From: Tricharina praecox | Lineage: Eukaryota | DNA: 64,000 bases | Reading direction: 5' to 3' | Assembly (NCBI RefSeq): GCF_024521635.1 | Contig: NW_026250409.1 | Span: 434,001 to 498,000, forward strand | In this document: one piece after another, positions 13,863-25,237 of the stretch | Layout of the letters: every line of letters starts with the position of its first letter | How positions within the stretch are numbered: the first letter of the stretch is position 1 | Notes under the pieces: generated by a model | The model's input: the letters and a program-made list of their open reading frames with translations, nothing else | Told to the model about the DNA's origin: nothing | Database searches by the model: none | Program-made: the position numbers and the translations under genes

Positions 13863-16800
13863 TCGCCGGCCAACCGGGTCACTTACTCGTCTAGCATACG
13901 GGTCCCAATGGCAGTAGCTCGCGTGGCAGAAACGTTCCTATAATTCGACCTTTTTCTTTTTTTCTTTTTTTTCTTTTTTCCTTTTTTCATTCCTCTTCGC
14001 ATTCCACTTCTACGACGAATGGTAGGGAGACGTGGTGCTTCTCATTAGGCGTCTGTGAATTACTAGAAAAAGAGGAAAATATTTCGGGGGAGGGGTGGGG
14101 AGGGGCTTTCTTTTTTCGCGTCTCTTTTTCTTTTCATTTTTTTTCTTTTCCTTCTTTTCCTTCCTACGCCGCGCTTGCACTGCAGTACTGACAGTCCCCG
14201 GTACTGCACTGCGCACGACTTGCCCTACTATTATTATTATTGCTCGCTCAGCATTTTTTCCTTGTTACTATTTCTATTCCTGGGCGGTTTTTTTTTAACG
14301 TGGCAGGAAGGGGGGCTCTTTTTTTTGTGCGAATCGGGTCGGCAGTCTGCTTTTTCATTTTCTTGATCTTTCTTCTTCTTCACCGTATCTGGAGGTTAAA
14401 GGCGCGAGAGTCTTTTTTTTTCTTCCTATTTTTTTTCTTTTTCTTTTTACATATATAAATGGCCTCTTCTTCACTTCTTTTACTTGGGTTTTGGGTTACC
14501 TCTTTTTCCTCTCTCTACTTTTGTTTCTTAGCTGTTGTAGTATGATGTGGATTTTTGGGTGAAGCTGGAGGAGGAGGAATGGGAGGAGGAAGAGGAAAAG
14601 GAAAAGGAAAAGGAAGAGGAACAGTAAGAGTAAGAGAATGAGAAGGAAAATGGTTGGATGGATGCCGGGAGGGAGGGAGGAAGGAAGGAAGGAAGGAAGG
14701 ATGGAAGGATGGAAATGCGGGTCAGGCCGGATGGTATGTGATACCAAGTGGGCGATTGATGGATGGGATACTCGAAGTACTTTCAGGAGCAGCCCCTCGG
14801 GGGTTCTTGGGACGGGGTGGGCCGGTGGACTTGGATTTCTTTTGTCTGACGAAAAAAGCGGACTTGCAAGGCCGGATATAACTAGGGTGCGTGTATTAGT
14901 AGGGACGGTGGAGAGGGGGGCTTGTTTTTTCTTGTCGATGAATTTTATGTTTTACGGTGATCCATGAAACGGCGGGGTTTTTTTTCCTTTTCCTTTTCCT
15001 TTTTCTCTTTTTCCTTTTCTTTTTTCCTTTTCTGTTTTCTTTTCATACAATTACTCTACTCTTAATGTTTTTCATGTCTGCGTGTGTCTCTGTCTGTCGA
15101 GAGGGGGATGATGGATTGAGTTTGAAGAAGAGCGGGGCCGGGACGGGGAGGGAGGAGTCGAGTGATCGCGGATACCTACCTACGAATTAATGGCACACGA
15201 TACGATTGGAGTCGAATAAGAATACCGAAAGGATCCTCTCCCCCACTTACATTCACATACACATACACTTATCTACTCAACCGAGCCCACTCTACCAGAT
15301 ACACGCCCGCACCTGGCCGGCTGGCTGACTTCGGAGTTGCAACATGTTCTTCCTTCATGCCACATACATACCTCCTACTTGCCTACTCTACCGGTTATTT
15401 GGAACCCGGAACAGTGCGCCGCCGTCCGTCAGGTAGTTACTTACTGTAGTTACGGCTCTGGAGTCTGGAGTCTGGAGTGTATATGCATGCAATATTCTCG
15501 AAACCAAGGATTACTCTAGATACTCTACTGAGTACTCTACTCTATACGGTACGCCGGCGGTGCCGATGTATATATAGTGTCCATCCCATGGACCATGGGC
15601 GCCGGGCAGCGGGCAGCAGGCCCACAGATGCGGGCCGAGATCTCGGTACCATAGGGACCTGCTGCTATCACCTACCGTATGTACGCGCTGTATGTATGTA
15701 GGGTGTAGATAGGGTGCATGCGGTCTGTGACCTGCGGCAACGTGTGAGTGCGGACGGAACACTCGGGCGGGGGGGAGGGGAAGGGAGGGGGGGCGAGGGG
15801 TTGCACAGCTACATACATCATCGGTACCCAGCTGGGTCACCGGACCGATTATTGAGCTGCGGAACACCTACAATCAGGCGTCGACGGGGCCCATGTCTGT
15901 ACCAGTCTGTACTGTGGGCAGCTCGGCCGACACCGCTCTAGTTCCGAACAAGATCCCCCCCTCCCCCGCGCCGTATGTATCATAGATGCATGCCGGATCC
16001 AGAAACATGGCCGCTTTCCCCCGCTTTCCGCTTTACCCGCCTCCAGCTCCCACCCGATGCGCCAGCGCGTCTATGTAAATATCGAGTACCGTACATACAA
16101 CATCCTATGGCGGCAAGTAAGCAAGTACTTGGTTCCTCGGTTACCTACTAAAGTGATCTGCGCTCGCTCGCGTGGTTGACGCAGGTACAGAGGCATACAT
16201 CGTACATACATACATGCCTCATACATACATAAACACATGGAAAGCGTGCAGATCCCCTGGACTACATACATCGTAGGTAGGTGGGTGAAACATATTTCGC
16301 CTGGAAATCACGCATCGTCTGCGCGAGATGGTATCCGGTCGGTGGCTGCGGATGGTAAGGTACCGGCCGGCGGTCTTCGTAGTCGTGCTTCGGCATGGCC
16401 CGTTGCCCCGTCTCCCCGTCGCTCCCGATGAATCGGGATCAGAGATCAGGGGCCAGGGGACTTGGAGACCGGAAGGTTATGTATGGCTCATGGCTCAGAC
16501 TTCCCTTCCTTCCATCCTTTCATCACCGGAATACCCACCTACCCAGCTTTGCGAAGTACCGTGTGATATGTAGAAAACGGCACCCCACCCCCCATAAGCG
16601 TGTTCGTGCAACCCTTCTCATGCACACTGCACAACGGCCTGCTTCCCGATCGCATCCGCCAGATAGATATGTAGATAAATATCCGCGGAAGCAGGCCGCC
16701 GCACGCTTCTGCATGCGCTGCATTGCATATGCTGTTTTCCGATACGATACGTACAATGCAGGTACCGGTGCGGATTATGGGTCTCACTCACGAGCGAGCG

Positions 16801-19057
16801 CGCGAGCGCTGGGGATGGTGATCCCGTTGCCCGGCTTCGTCTTGGTGCTTGTGAAGTGGATGGTCTCGGTCGATAACAGCAAGGGCCGGAACAAGCACCG
16901 TAGGCGCAGGTTGAAGGCATACCTATCGCGGCAGACGCCGAGACGCTGAGCCTCCCATCGCCCCCGGAGTCTGCGCACTTAGCACGCCGTGCGATGATAT
17001 ATAGCAGCATCACGAAAAGCAGAATATTGCCGCAGTCTGGCTACCTACCTACCCATTTCCACTTACCCACACCGATTTCAGAAGAAAGTTCCGCATCTTC
17101 TTCTTCTTCTTCTTCGCCGCCGGCCAAAATCGGTGGCGCCTGCGCTTAGCTAGCTATGGCACCACTGGGCTGGGCTGGAATGGAATAGCTGCCGCGACCA
17201 CGACGCCACTTATGCAAGTGTGGGCCCAGTTTCTCTGCCCGAGTGAGATGTTGTGACACAGTCCTATTGGGCGCAGAGCCTCAGCACCAAGCCTATGACA
17301 CCCCGGGGGGGAGGGGAGGGAGGCCTGTGGAAAGCCAATCGGCGCGCACAAGCGCCGAGAGGGACATGCCCCCCATCCCCTCATCCCCCCTCCCCCTCCC
17401 ATGGGCGGAGCATGTGGGTAGACATGTGGGGTCTTGGGTATGTACCTGCAGCCGAGATCGATCGATTCGAAGCTAGGGGGGCTGGCCGCGGAGCGGTGGA
17501 GATATTACTATGATACGGGTAATGCGTCGTCGCTACAGATCTGGACGCCCTTTTGCGTTATCTCGATAGCTACTTGGTTACGCCCAAGCAGATAACCGCT
17601 TAACCGCGTAACCGCCGACGGGGGGAGAGGGGGGTCTGCGTGAGCCATAGCTTCATGTGCCTGGCGATATATGTCCCTACATTCCTACTGTGGAGATGTG
17701 CGGTCGTACAGAGATTGGATTGTGATTAACCCTGGACTCGGATCGGCGGGCACTGGGAGTTGAGGGTGTGCACGGAGCGGGAAGTGATGTGGTGGTGGTG
17801 GTGGTGGTGGTGGTGGTGGTGGTGGTGTATGGTCGTAGTGCAGGAACCCAAGCTGCTCTTTTAACTCGTGCTGTGTCTTCCCTTCTCCGACGACGCACAT
17901 GCGTGCATCGAGGAGGGGACCAGTAAGGAAGCTTTACATGCAGTCGAGACACCTCAAGTTATTCACCGGAAGGACTAAATTCCGCTTGGAGGTCTTTGAA
18001 CCGCTGCAGACTCTGGGACAGATAATCGAATCGCTGTTCGCATCCGCTGGCTGATCTCCATGGTTTACTAGGTATTGTACATACTCGACGCTCGCTCACC
18101 ATGTATACTGTACGCGGGGCCCAGTCGCATCACAAATCAACCAACACCTTGTTCCGAATCAGCGATCAACTCTGCGGGGATACGTCTCGATCGATGAGAC
18201 TGGAGGGGGGTTGACGTTGCCGAACGAGCGGGAAGCAGGTGGGGGTTTGTGGTTGTCGTCAAGAGATCCAATCAGAAGCAGCGCATGCACAATGGCAAGT
18301 CCTGTTTCTTGGCGGAGAATCCCCTTAGCCGCCATCTCCGCCTTGCTCTGCAACGCGCTCTCCCCCGTCGTTCGTTCGGGATCTGGATCACCGCCGAGAA
18401 CACACCACACACACGCCCTCACACGCTGATTCACGCTCGCACGGAAGAGTACATGAGACGGATCGACCGACTGCCCAGCGAATTTCGAGAAGCCGACCCA
18501 GCACACTGTGAGCTGCTCTTCAGTCTGGCCTTGTCGGATAGCTTTCCTCGCACCCCCAGGCCACCCCCCTTGCGAGTGCGCTCCGGCCCTACACCCCCGA
18601 GACCTTCACCGCTCGGAACTTCGTTCTTTCTACCAACCTGCACCAACACCACTACCACTTCCCGCCTTCAACCTCCTCCTCCTCGCTCACGCCGCCACTA
18701 CACACCCACCCCTCATTCAACGCACGACTTTTTACCTCTTCAAAGCTACACACCACCCTCCTCCCAACAATTAGACTTCTACCAATAGTGCCAGCACGAC
18801 CCACACTTCTGCACGTTCGAACCACGAAATTACAAGAGACGAGTTTCACCACGGTGGAGAGGAGCTTGAACGTTGTCAACAGACAGAAGTGGAAGGAATA
18901 ACACATACATCTTCAAGGTGCGTACTCGGTCATTGGAGCGATCCCCCGTCGCGCGCGGTGTGTCTCGCGGTGGAGAGGAGGGAGGGAGAGAAAGAGAAAG
19001 AGATATATAGAGGTAGAAGGGGCTGCGGAATGCTGACTCGAGGTTGTCGTGGTTAGA

Positions 19058-22000
19058 ATGCCTAGTCCGAGTAGCAGAGAGGGAGGTAGACGAGATTCTG
19101 CGGACTCGTCGAGTTCGAGTTCGAAGAAGGAGTGTGAAGAATTGCCAGTCACTACCACTACCACTACTGTGACGGTCGGCCCGACGGGTGCTAAGATGCC
19201 GGCGGAATCATCGAACGCGCTGGCTGTTGGCGCTCAGGACGGAGGCAGCAGCAACGAGGGCGTGAACAGCACACCGAACTCACACACCACACCTTCGCAG
19301 TCACCACTACAGATTGTGGGCGCGTCGTCGAAAGGAGCGGAGAACGGAGAGGTGGAAGTCACTCAGACAGTCTGCAGCGCGACGCCACCGAACGGAAACG
19401 AAAGCGCTAAGAACAGCAGTTCCAAAGTTAACCCTTCTTCACATCAGGGGGGTTGTACTTCTCCTACGACTAAAGTTGGCGGCTCAACCACTTCCACACC
19501 CAACGACATAAAGACTTCAATGTCTCCCCCAGCAGAAAACGAGAATAGTCCCAGCGCTTCAGAACTCTCTTCAGATCGCGAACCCTCCCCCCCTCTCAAA
19601 ATGGAACCGAAGGAACAAAAATCGGGAAAGAAGTCTAAGGCTGTAGCAGCCCCAGTTGTTAAATACGAGCCTCCGCTATATGGCCACTTTCCAGATGCGA
19701 CGGCAGATGCGACCTCCACCTTCGAAGTCATCAAGCAGTGCATCTACTCGAGTAAGACGATCGGCGATTCAGGTCATGATTCCGAGACCATGTTTTGCGA
19801 GTGCGAGTCACGATTTGGTAAGTTTCGAGTGAATACGTTATGTTGATGGGCCGCACACTGACTTTTTCCGCAGTCGATGGGGTCAACCACGCCTGCGACG
19901 AGGATTCCGACTGCATAAATCGGCTTACTCTTATGGAGTGTACCGATGAGGGCTGCGGCTGCCACACCGAATGTCAGAACCAGCGATTCCAGAGGCGCGA
20001 TTATGCGGACATTTCGATCTTCAAAACGGACAAAAAGGGATATGGAGTCAGGGCCAACAGTGACATCCCGAAAGGCCGATTCATCTACGAATACGTTGGA
20101 GAGGTCATCGACGAGCCTCGATTTCGACAGCGGAACACCAAGTACCCCGGCATGGGAATCAAGCACTTTTACTTCATGTCTCTCGAGAAGGACCAGTTCA
20201 TTGATGCGACTATCAAGGGTGGACTTGCAAGATTCGTCAACCATTCGTGCAACCCCAATTGTGAGACGGAGAAGTGGGTGGTCGGCAATAAGTACAGAAT
20301 GGGAATCTTTGCGAGGCGCGATATTAAGGCTGGAGAGGAGCTGGTGTTCGATTACAACGTTGACAGATATGGAGCCGAGAAACAGCCATGTTACTGCGGG
20401 GAGCCGAATTGTCTTGGTTACATTGGAGGAAAAACGCAAACCAACAGCGCACCGAAATTGTCCGGCAACCTGATCGAGGCGCTCGGTATCGACGACGACG
20501 AATTGCCAACTAAAAAGTCCCGCCGCATCCGCAAGTCATCGGAAGACGAAGATGAAGAGTATCTCGCGAAGGCTAGTAGCCGAGATCTGGATTTCAAGAG
20601 TGTTGCTACCGTTATGAGCACACTCTCTAACACCAAGGAGAAGTGGATAGTGTCCAAACTTGTTGCGAGAATCCAGAGATGCGACGACGAGGCTGTTCTG
20701 GGAAGGGTATTGCAGTTCCACGGATACACCATCATCGGAAAATTCCTCACCCTCTACAAAGACGACGAGGTCATTGTTCTGGCGATCCTCAACATATTCA
20801 TCAGTTTCCCGAAGCTCACAAGGAACAAGATCTCCGCGGCAGGTATCGAGCCGCTGGTTGAAGAGTTCGCTTCCTCCCCGAACGAGGAAATCCAGACCAA
20901 GGCGAAGGAGCTTCTTGCCATGTGGAGTGCGTTGGAGACGTCCTACCGGATACCACGCCGATTGGCTGGGGAGCAGCCGGAACAGAACAGCTCTGTTTTC
21001 CTGGACCGCGGACGCGACTCTAGGTCGACCAGTGGCACCGAGTCCCCCAAGCGATCGCCGGAGAACTCTACGGAGCCCATCCCTCCATGGCTGCAGAAGA
21101 ACAAGCACTTCAACAAGCCAAATCCGAACTTCACCAGGCAACCGCCGAGTGGTCCACGTGCCGACCGTGGGTTCGGGGGCAACCGGGGTCACAATAACCG
21201 GAACAGCAAGTTTGCGCCGCGCCCACCATTCAGTGGTGCGAATTCGATACCAACTCCTGCCGGCGGCATGCGACTGCAGTCCGATCTTCCTTGGGGTTGG
21301 CACAAGGGATACAAGTATGGCGAATGTTACTACTACGCCAACGATGGTCGGGTCACCTGGGAGATGCCCAGGGATCCGGCCATTGCCGGACACCCTGTGC
21401 CGACGACCATTCCCCCCCCTCCGGCTAGACAGTTCGTCAAAATCCAGCAGAACGACATCCAGGCCTTGATCCTGGAGGCTGCGGCGTTTGCGGAGGCCAA
21501 GAGGAAGAGGGAAGAGGAGGAGGAGAAGGAGAAGCAGCGACAGGAACGCCGAGCGAAGCGGAAGGAGAAAGAAGCCAAACAGACCTACGACGCGGAGAAG
21601 ACACGGAAGTACTTGGCTATCGCGGTATGCAACCCTCACTCACCCACCCCTCTTGATGTATGGATCTAACTTGTAGCAGTTTGGGAAGCATGTGCCCAAC
21701 ATGGTCAACAAGTTCAACAAGGACCTTGGGAGCAACCCCAAGTCCGCGAAGGAGAACGTCAAGAAGTACGCTAAGGAGATCGTAGAGCTGCTGGTCGACA
21801 AGGAAATCCGGTACCACAAGCACGTGGTGGATCCTCTCAACGTGTGCGACGAGGCCAAGGTCGCCAAAGTCAAGCTGTTCGTCGACGAGTACGTCCGCAA
21901 GCTTATCGAGCGTCGCAAGGCCGCCCGCCAGCAGCAGCTCCAGCAGGGTGACGGTTCGAAGAGGAAGCGTGACGAGCCGGCCGGCATCTCGACCGAGGAC

Positions 22001-22198
22001 AATACCAAGCGTCGCAAGTCCCTGACCCCCCAGAAGGAGGCCGCGCCAACCACCCTCGTTGTTCCAGTGTCTGCCGCTTCCGCTTCCGCCTCCACTTCGC
22101 CGACGAGGAAGAGGAGCCACGAGGAGGAGGTCGAGGGAAGGGACATGTCCAAGCGCCGTAAGTCCCTGGATACCGGGGCCGGGGCTGGGGCCGTCTAA
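19058..22198 (+). CDS. SET2: Histone H3K36 methyltransferase Set2 (3 exons)
   Basis: AWS cysteines, SET motifs (ARFVNHSCNPN, GEELVFDY), post-SET CYCGEPNC, WW domain (LPWGW..YYYA..TWEMP) and a C-terminal SRI-like region. Introns 19818-19873 and 21625-21679. Confidence 0.95.
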
Positions 22199-22594
22199 AT
22201 GGCTTTGTGTCTGTGTGCTTGCTTGTTGCGTGTGTCGGGGAGGAAATTAATACCCTCGACAGAGTGGATACGGAACAAAGATGGGGATTTCATTTTCTTT
22301 TTTTCTTTAGTATTATTCTTTTGCATCCATCCATCCTTCTTCTTTTTCTTTTGTTTTTTTTTGTTGCAATGGAGTCGGAGTTGGGGCGAGCTGGGGCCGG
22401 ATTTGATTTGCTTTTTTCCATTTTCGGGGGAATAAAAATTACGTTCTCCGTTATGTTATGTTTTGGTTTTTTGCTTTCTCTTTCTCTCTTTTTTCTTTTT
22501 TTCTTTTGCTTGTTTTTTGTTTTAATGATATGGGCTACTATGGGAGGATGATGGGGCGAAGGGGATGGGCGATGGGCGAGTAGTGGACTGCATT

Positions 22595-22634
22595 GGACTG
22601 GACTGGACTGGACTGGACTGGACTGGACTGGACT
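22595..22634. repeat. (GGACT)n microsatellite
   Basis: Read directly. Confidence 0.9.
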
Positions 22635-23569
22635 GTTTGTACATTGCGCGCTGCAGTACGCCGTAAAATCATTTCCATGGACGACTGGGTGGGGACTGGG
22701 GACTGGGGAAGGGGACTGGGGACGAGTGACAGGAGGAGGGGCAGGACGAGGAGGAGGCGTCGGGGCAGGAGTACGTACATACTTCTTACATAACCTTCAA
22801 TTCTACCATATTTTCTTTGGTGAATGGGGTGGAGATGCATGTAGTTAAGGGATGGGAGCATTTCTTCTTTCTTTTATTTGTACATAGTCCTTTACATATA
22901 TCCTGGGCGTGTGTGTCGGGGTTTTTTTCGCTACAGTCGGTGGTGGGGTGAAGGGATTTATTTTTTGGGGTTTGATCTTATTTTTGTCTTTTGGGAGGGG
23001 CATTGCGGCGGGGAGTTTTTTTTTTTTTTGAATTTGAGTTTGAGTTTTTTGCTTTGTATGTATTTAAGATGTATGTAATTATACCTATTACGGGGAAAGA
23101 AAGGTAAGGGGGAGGGGCTAAGGAGGTGAAGAGGTGAGGGAGTGAGACTCGAGAGGGTGTCTAGGGTGAAGCAAGAGAAGGAGTACGCGGTGCATAGCGC
23201 GGATGGTGGCCACTGGCAATGTGGAGGAATGGATGTATCTAGGTTTGCGAAAATCGAAACTATGGAGCTTTAAGCTTTAAGCTTGATGCTGTGGGCCGGG
23301 GTGTGTTGCTAGATACCTTGTACTCGCGAGCTGGAATGGCCGTACGAAGCGGAGTGGAGTAGGAAAAGAAGAACATGGCGAACAGACGTGCGACGAGTGA
23401 TACCGCATGTTATCATTCGCTGTGTTGACTGCGAGTCTGCGGCCCTCCATTCAGCATGTACTCTAAATCCAGCCCCCTTGGCCTTCGTGTCGTTTCTTCC
23501 ATTACGTCTCGTAGCCTCGTTACCATCTATAAACCGCGATCATGACCCCCGTAGCAGACAAGTAGGCGA

Positions 23570-24460
23570 CTACTTCCCCAGCCCCAACATCCCTGCCCAC
23601 TCCCTCCACCCGCCCTCGACGCCCGCCTCCCAAGTAACCAGCCCCGCCGCCCTCAGTATCCCCTGACTCGCGACCGCTCTAACCACAGCACCAGCGCCCG
23701 CCAGCGCGGCCGCCCTAACATAATCGGTATCGAGCAGGATCCTGAGGGCCTCGACATTATTCACGACGACGGCCCAGCCGACGCTGCGCGCCGCCGCCGG
23801 CACGTCGTACTTCCAGATCACCATCAGGATCGGGAACAGCTTTGTGCATGAGGATACGAGCAGCGCGGTCGAAACCGCGTTCGGCCGCGGGAACCGCAAG
23901 AGGTAGAATGATAGCAGCCGGATCGTGAGGTGGAACAGGATCGACTCGGTGAAGCAGAGGGCGACTGTCTCACGCGCGCGCGTTAGTACGGGTCCGGCAT
24001 GGGGGGGGGGGGGGTGCGGCGCACGGAAGAATAGGTACTGGACAACGATGGGCATGCCGAGCAGCCTAGGGGTTTCCGCAGGAATGCTCTTCTCGATTCT
24101 CGCCCAGGTGAGATATACATCGAACAGCAGCAGCAGGACGCCGAGACGCTTGATGCTGCCGTCGAGGACGTCGTCCTTGCGGCCGCCCGCGAGGTGGTTG
24201 AACAGCAGGTGGCGGTACACCTGCGGCTTGATCAAGACCATGTCGATGAACAGCACGACGAAATCGTGCTCGACGTATTTATCCGCGAAGCGCTTGCACC
24301 GTGGGCATTGCGTGAGCCGCACGCCGCGCCCGAGCGAGCGGTCGTCTGCGCCCGAGTACGCGGTGAATAGTGAGTCGACTGGGAAGGAACATTCGATGCA
24401 GATGAAGAGGGGCGGGCCCGGTGGTGTCGACGGTGAGGAGGTGCTCGTCGTTGTGGCCAT
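23570..24460 (-). CDS. ARV1: Arv1 family sterol homeostasis / GPI-related ER membrane protein (2 exons)
   Basis: Arv1 homology domain ICIEC...LTQCPRCKRFADKYVEHDFVVLFIDMVLIKPQVYRHLLFN. In-frame 60-nt intron 24024-23965. Confidence 0.93.
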   Translation of the reverse strand: MATTTSTSSPSTPPGPPLFICIECSFPVDSLFTAYSGADDRSLGRGVRLTQCPRCKRFADKYVEHDFVVLFIDMVLIKPQVYRHLLFNHLAGGRKDDVLDGSIKRLGVLLLLFDVYLTWARIEKSIPAETPRLLGMPIVVQYLFFRAPHPPPPHAGPVLTRARETVALCFTESILFHLTIRLLSFYLLRFPRPNAVSTALLVSSCTKLFPILMVIWKYDVPAAARSVGWAVVVNNVEALRILLDTDYVRAAALAGAGAVVRAVASQGILRAAGLVTWEAGVEGGWREWAGMLGLGK

Positions 24461-25237
24461 TTTGGAGGAACTGAAGATGAGGTGACGTTGGGTTAAGCAC
24501 TTGGATGCAGGGGTGGACGCGTGGGTTCGGGCTTTGGAAGGAACCTTGGTGGTGGTCTGGACTCGGAACCCGCAAGGTCGTAGCATTCCTAACGTCTGGA
24601 CGATGGCTGGGTCTCCCTGAAGCCTACGGCATCCACCAGACACCCCCGGAATACAGAGAGTTTAAAGCACTTCGTCGCAGAGACATGACTAGAAGAAGTA
24701 TGAGGAGAACTACAATGTGCGCATTCACCGACTACAGCCCAAATATATTCCATCAACCAGAATCATCACCCCGAGCCCAACGCTAAAGCCCATCGAAAAC
24801 TTAATACCGACAGATCTCCTTCCTCCCACAACCAACAAACACAGAGTATCAAATAAGCCCCACCATACAATAACGAACCACCAGCGCGCCGCAAACGCCA
24901 TACCAATATTACACGAACCCTAGAAATAAACACCAAGCCAATATAAGGAAAGAACTCCCTCCTAAACACCGTGCACACGAAAGATGTCCGCAATAAGGAT
25001 ACAAAAGTAACGAAAGATGCCCGCGATTACAAAAGCAAAGAAAGCCGTAAAAAAAAGGAAACAGGCCGAGAGAGGAAGAAAGAAGAAAGAAGCCAGTACG
25101 CCCATCAATGTAGTAAGAAGCCTATCAAGATACAAAGGAAATGAAAGGAAATGAAAGTAATGTCCACTTATCCCCTCTCCAGATGAACACCAGAGTACTC
25201 ACGCCAGCTGACTACAACCATGACCGGACGACTGAAA

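Noticed and set aside
20536..21639. Long antisense ORFs over SET2, SEC9, POP2 and the 5-phosphatase
   Set aside because: Shadow frames of GC-rich coding DNA with no protein motifs.
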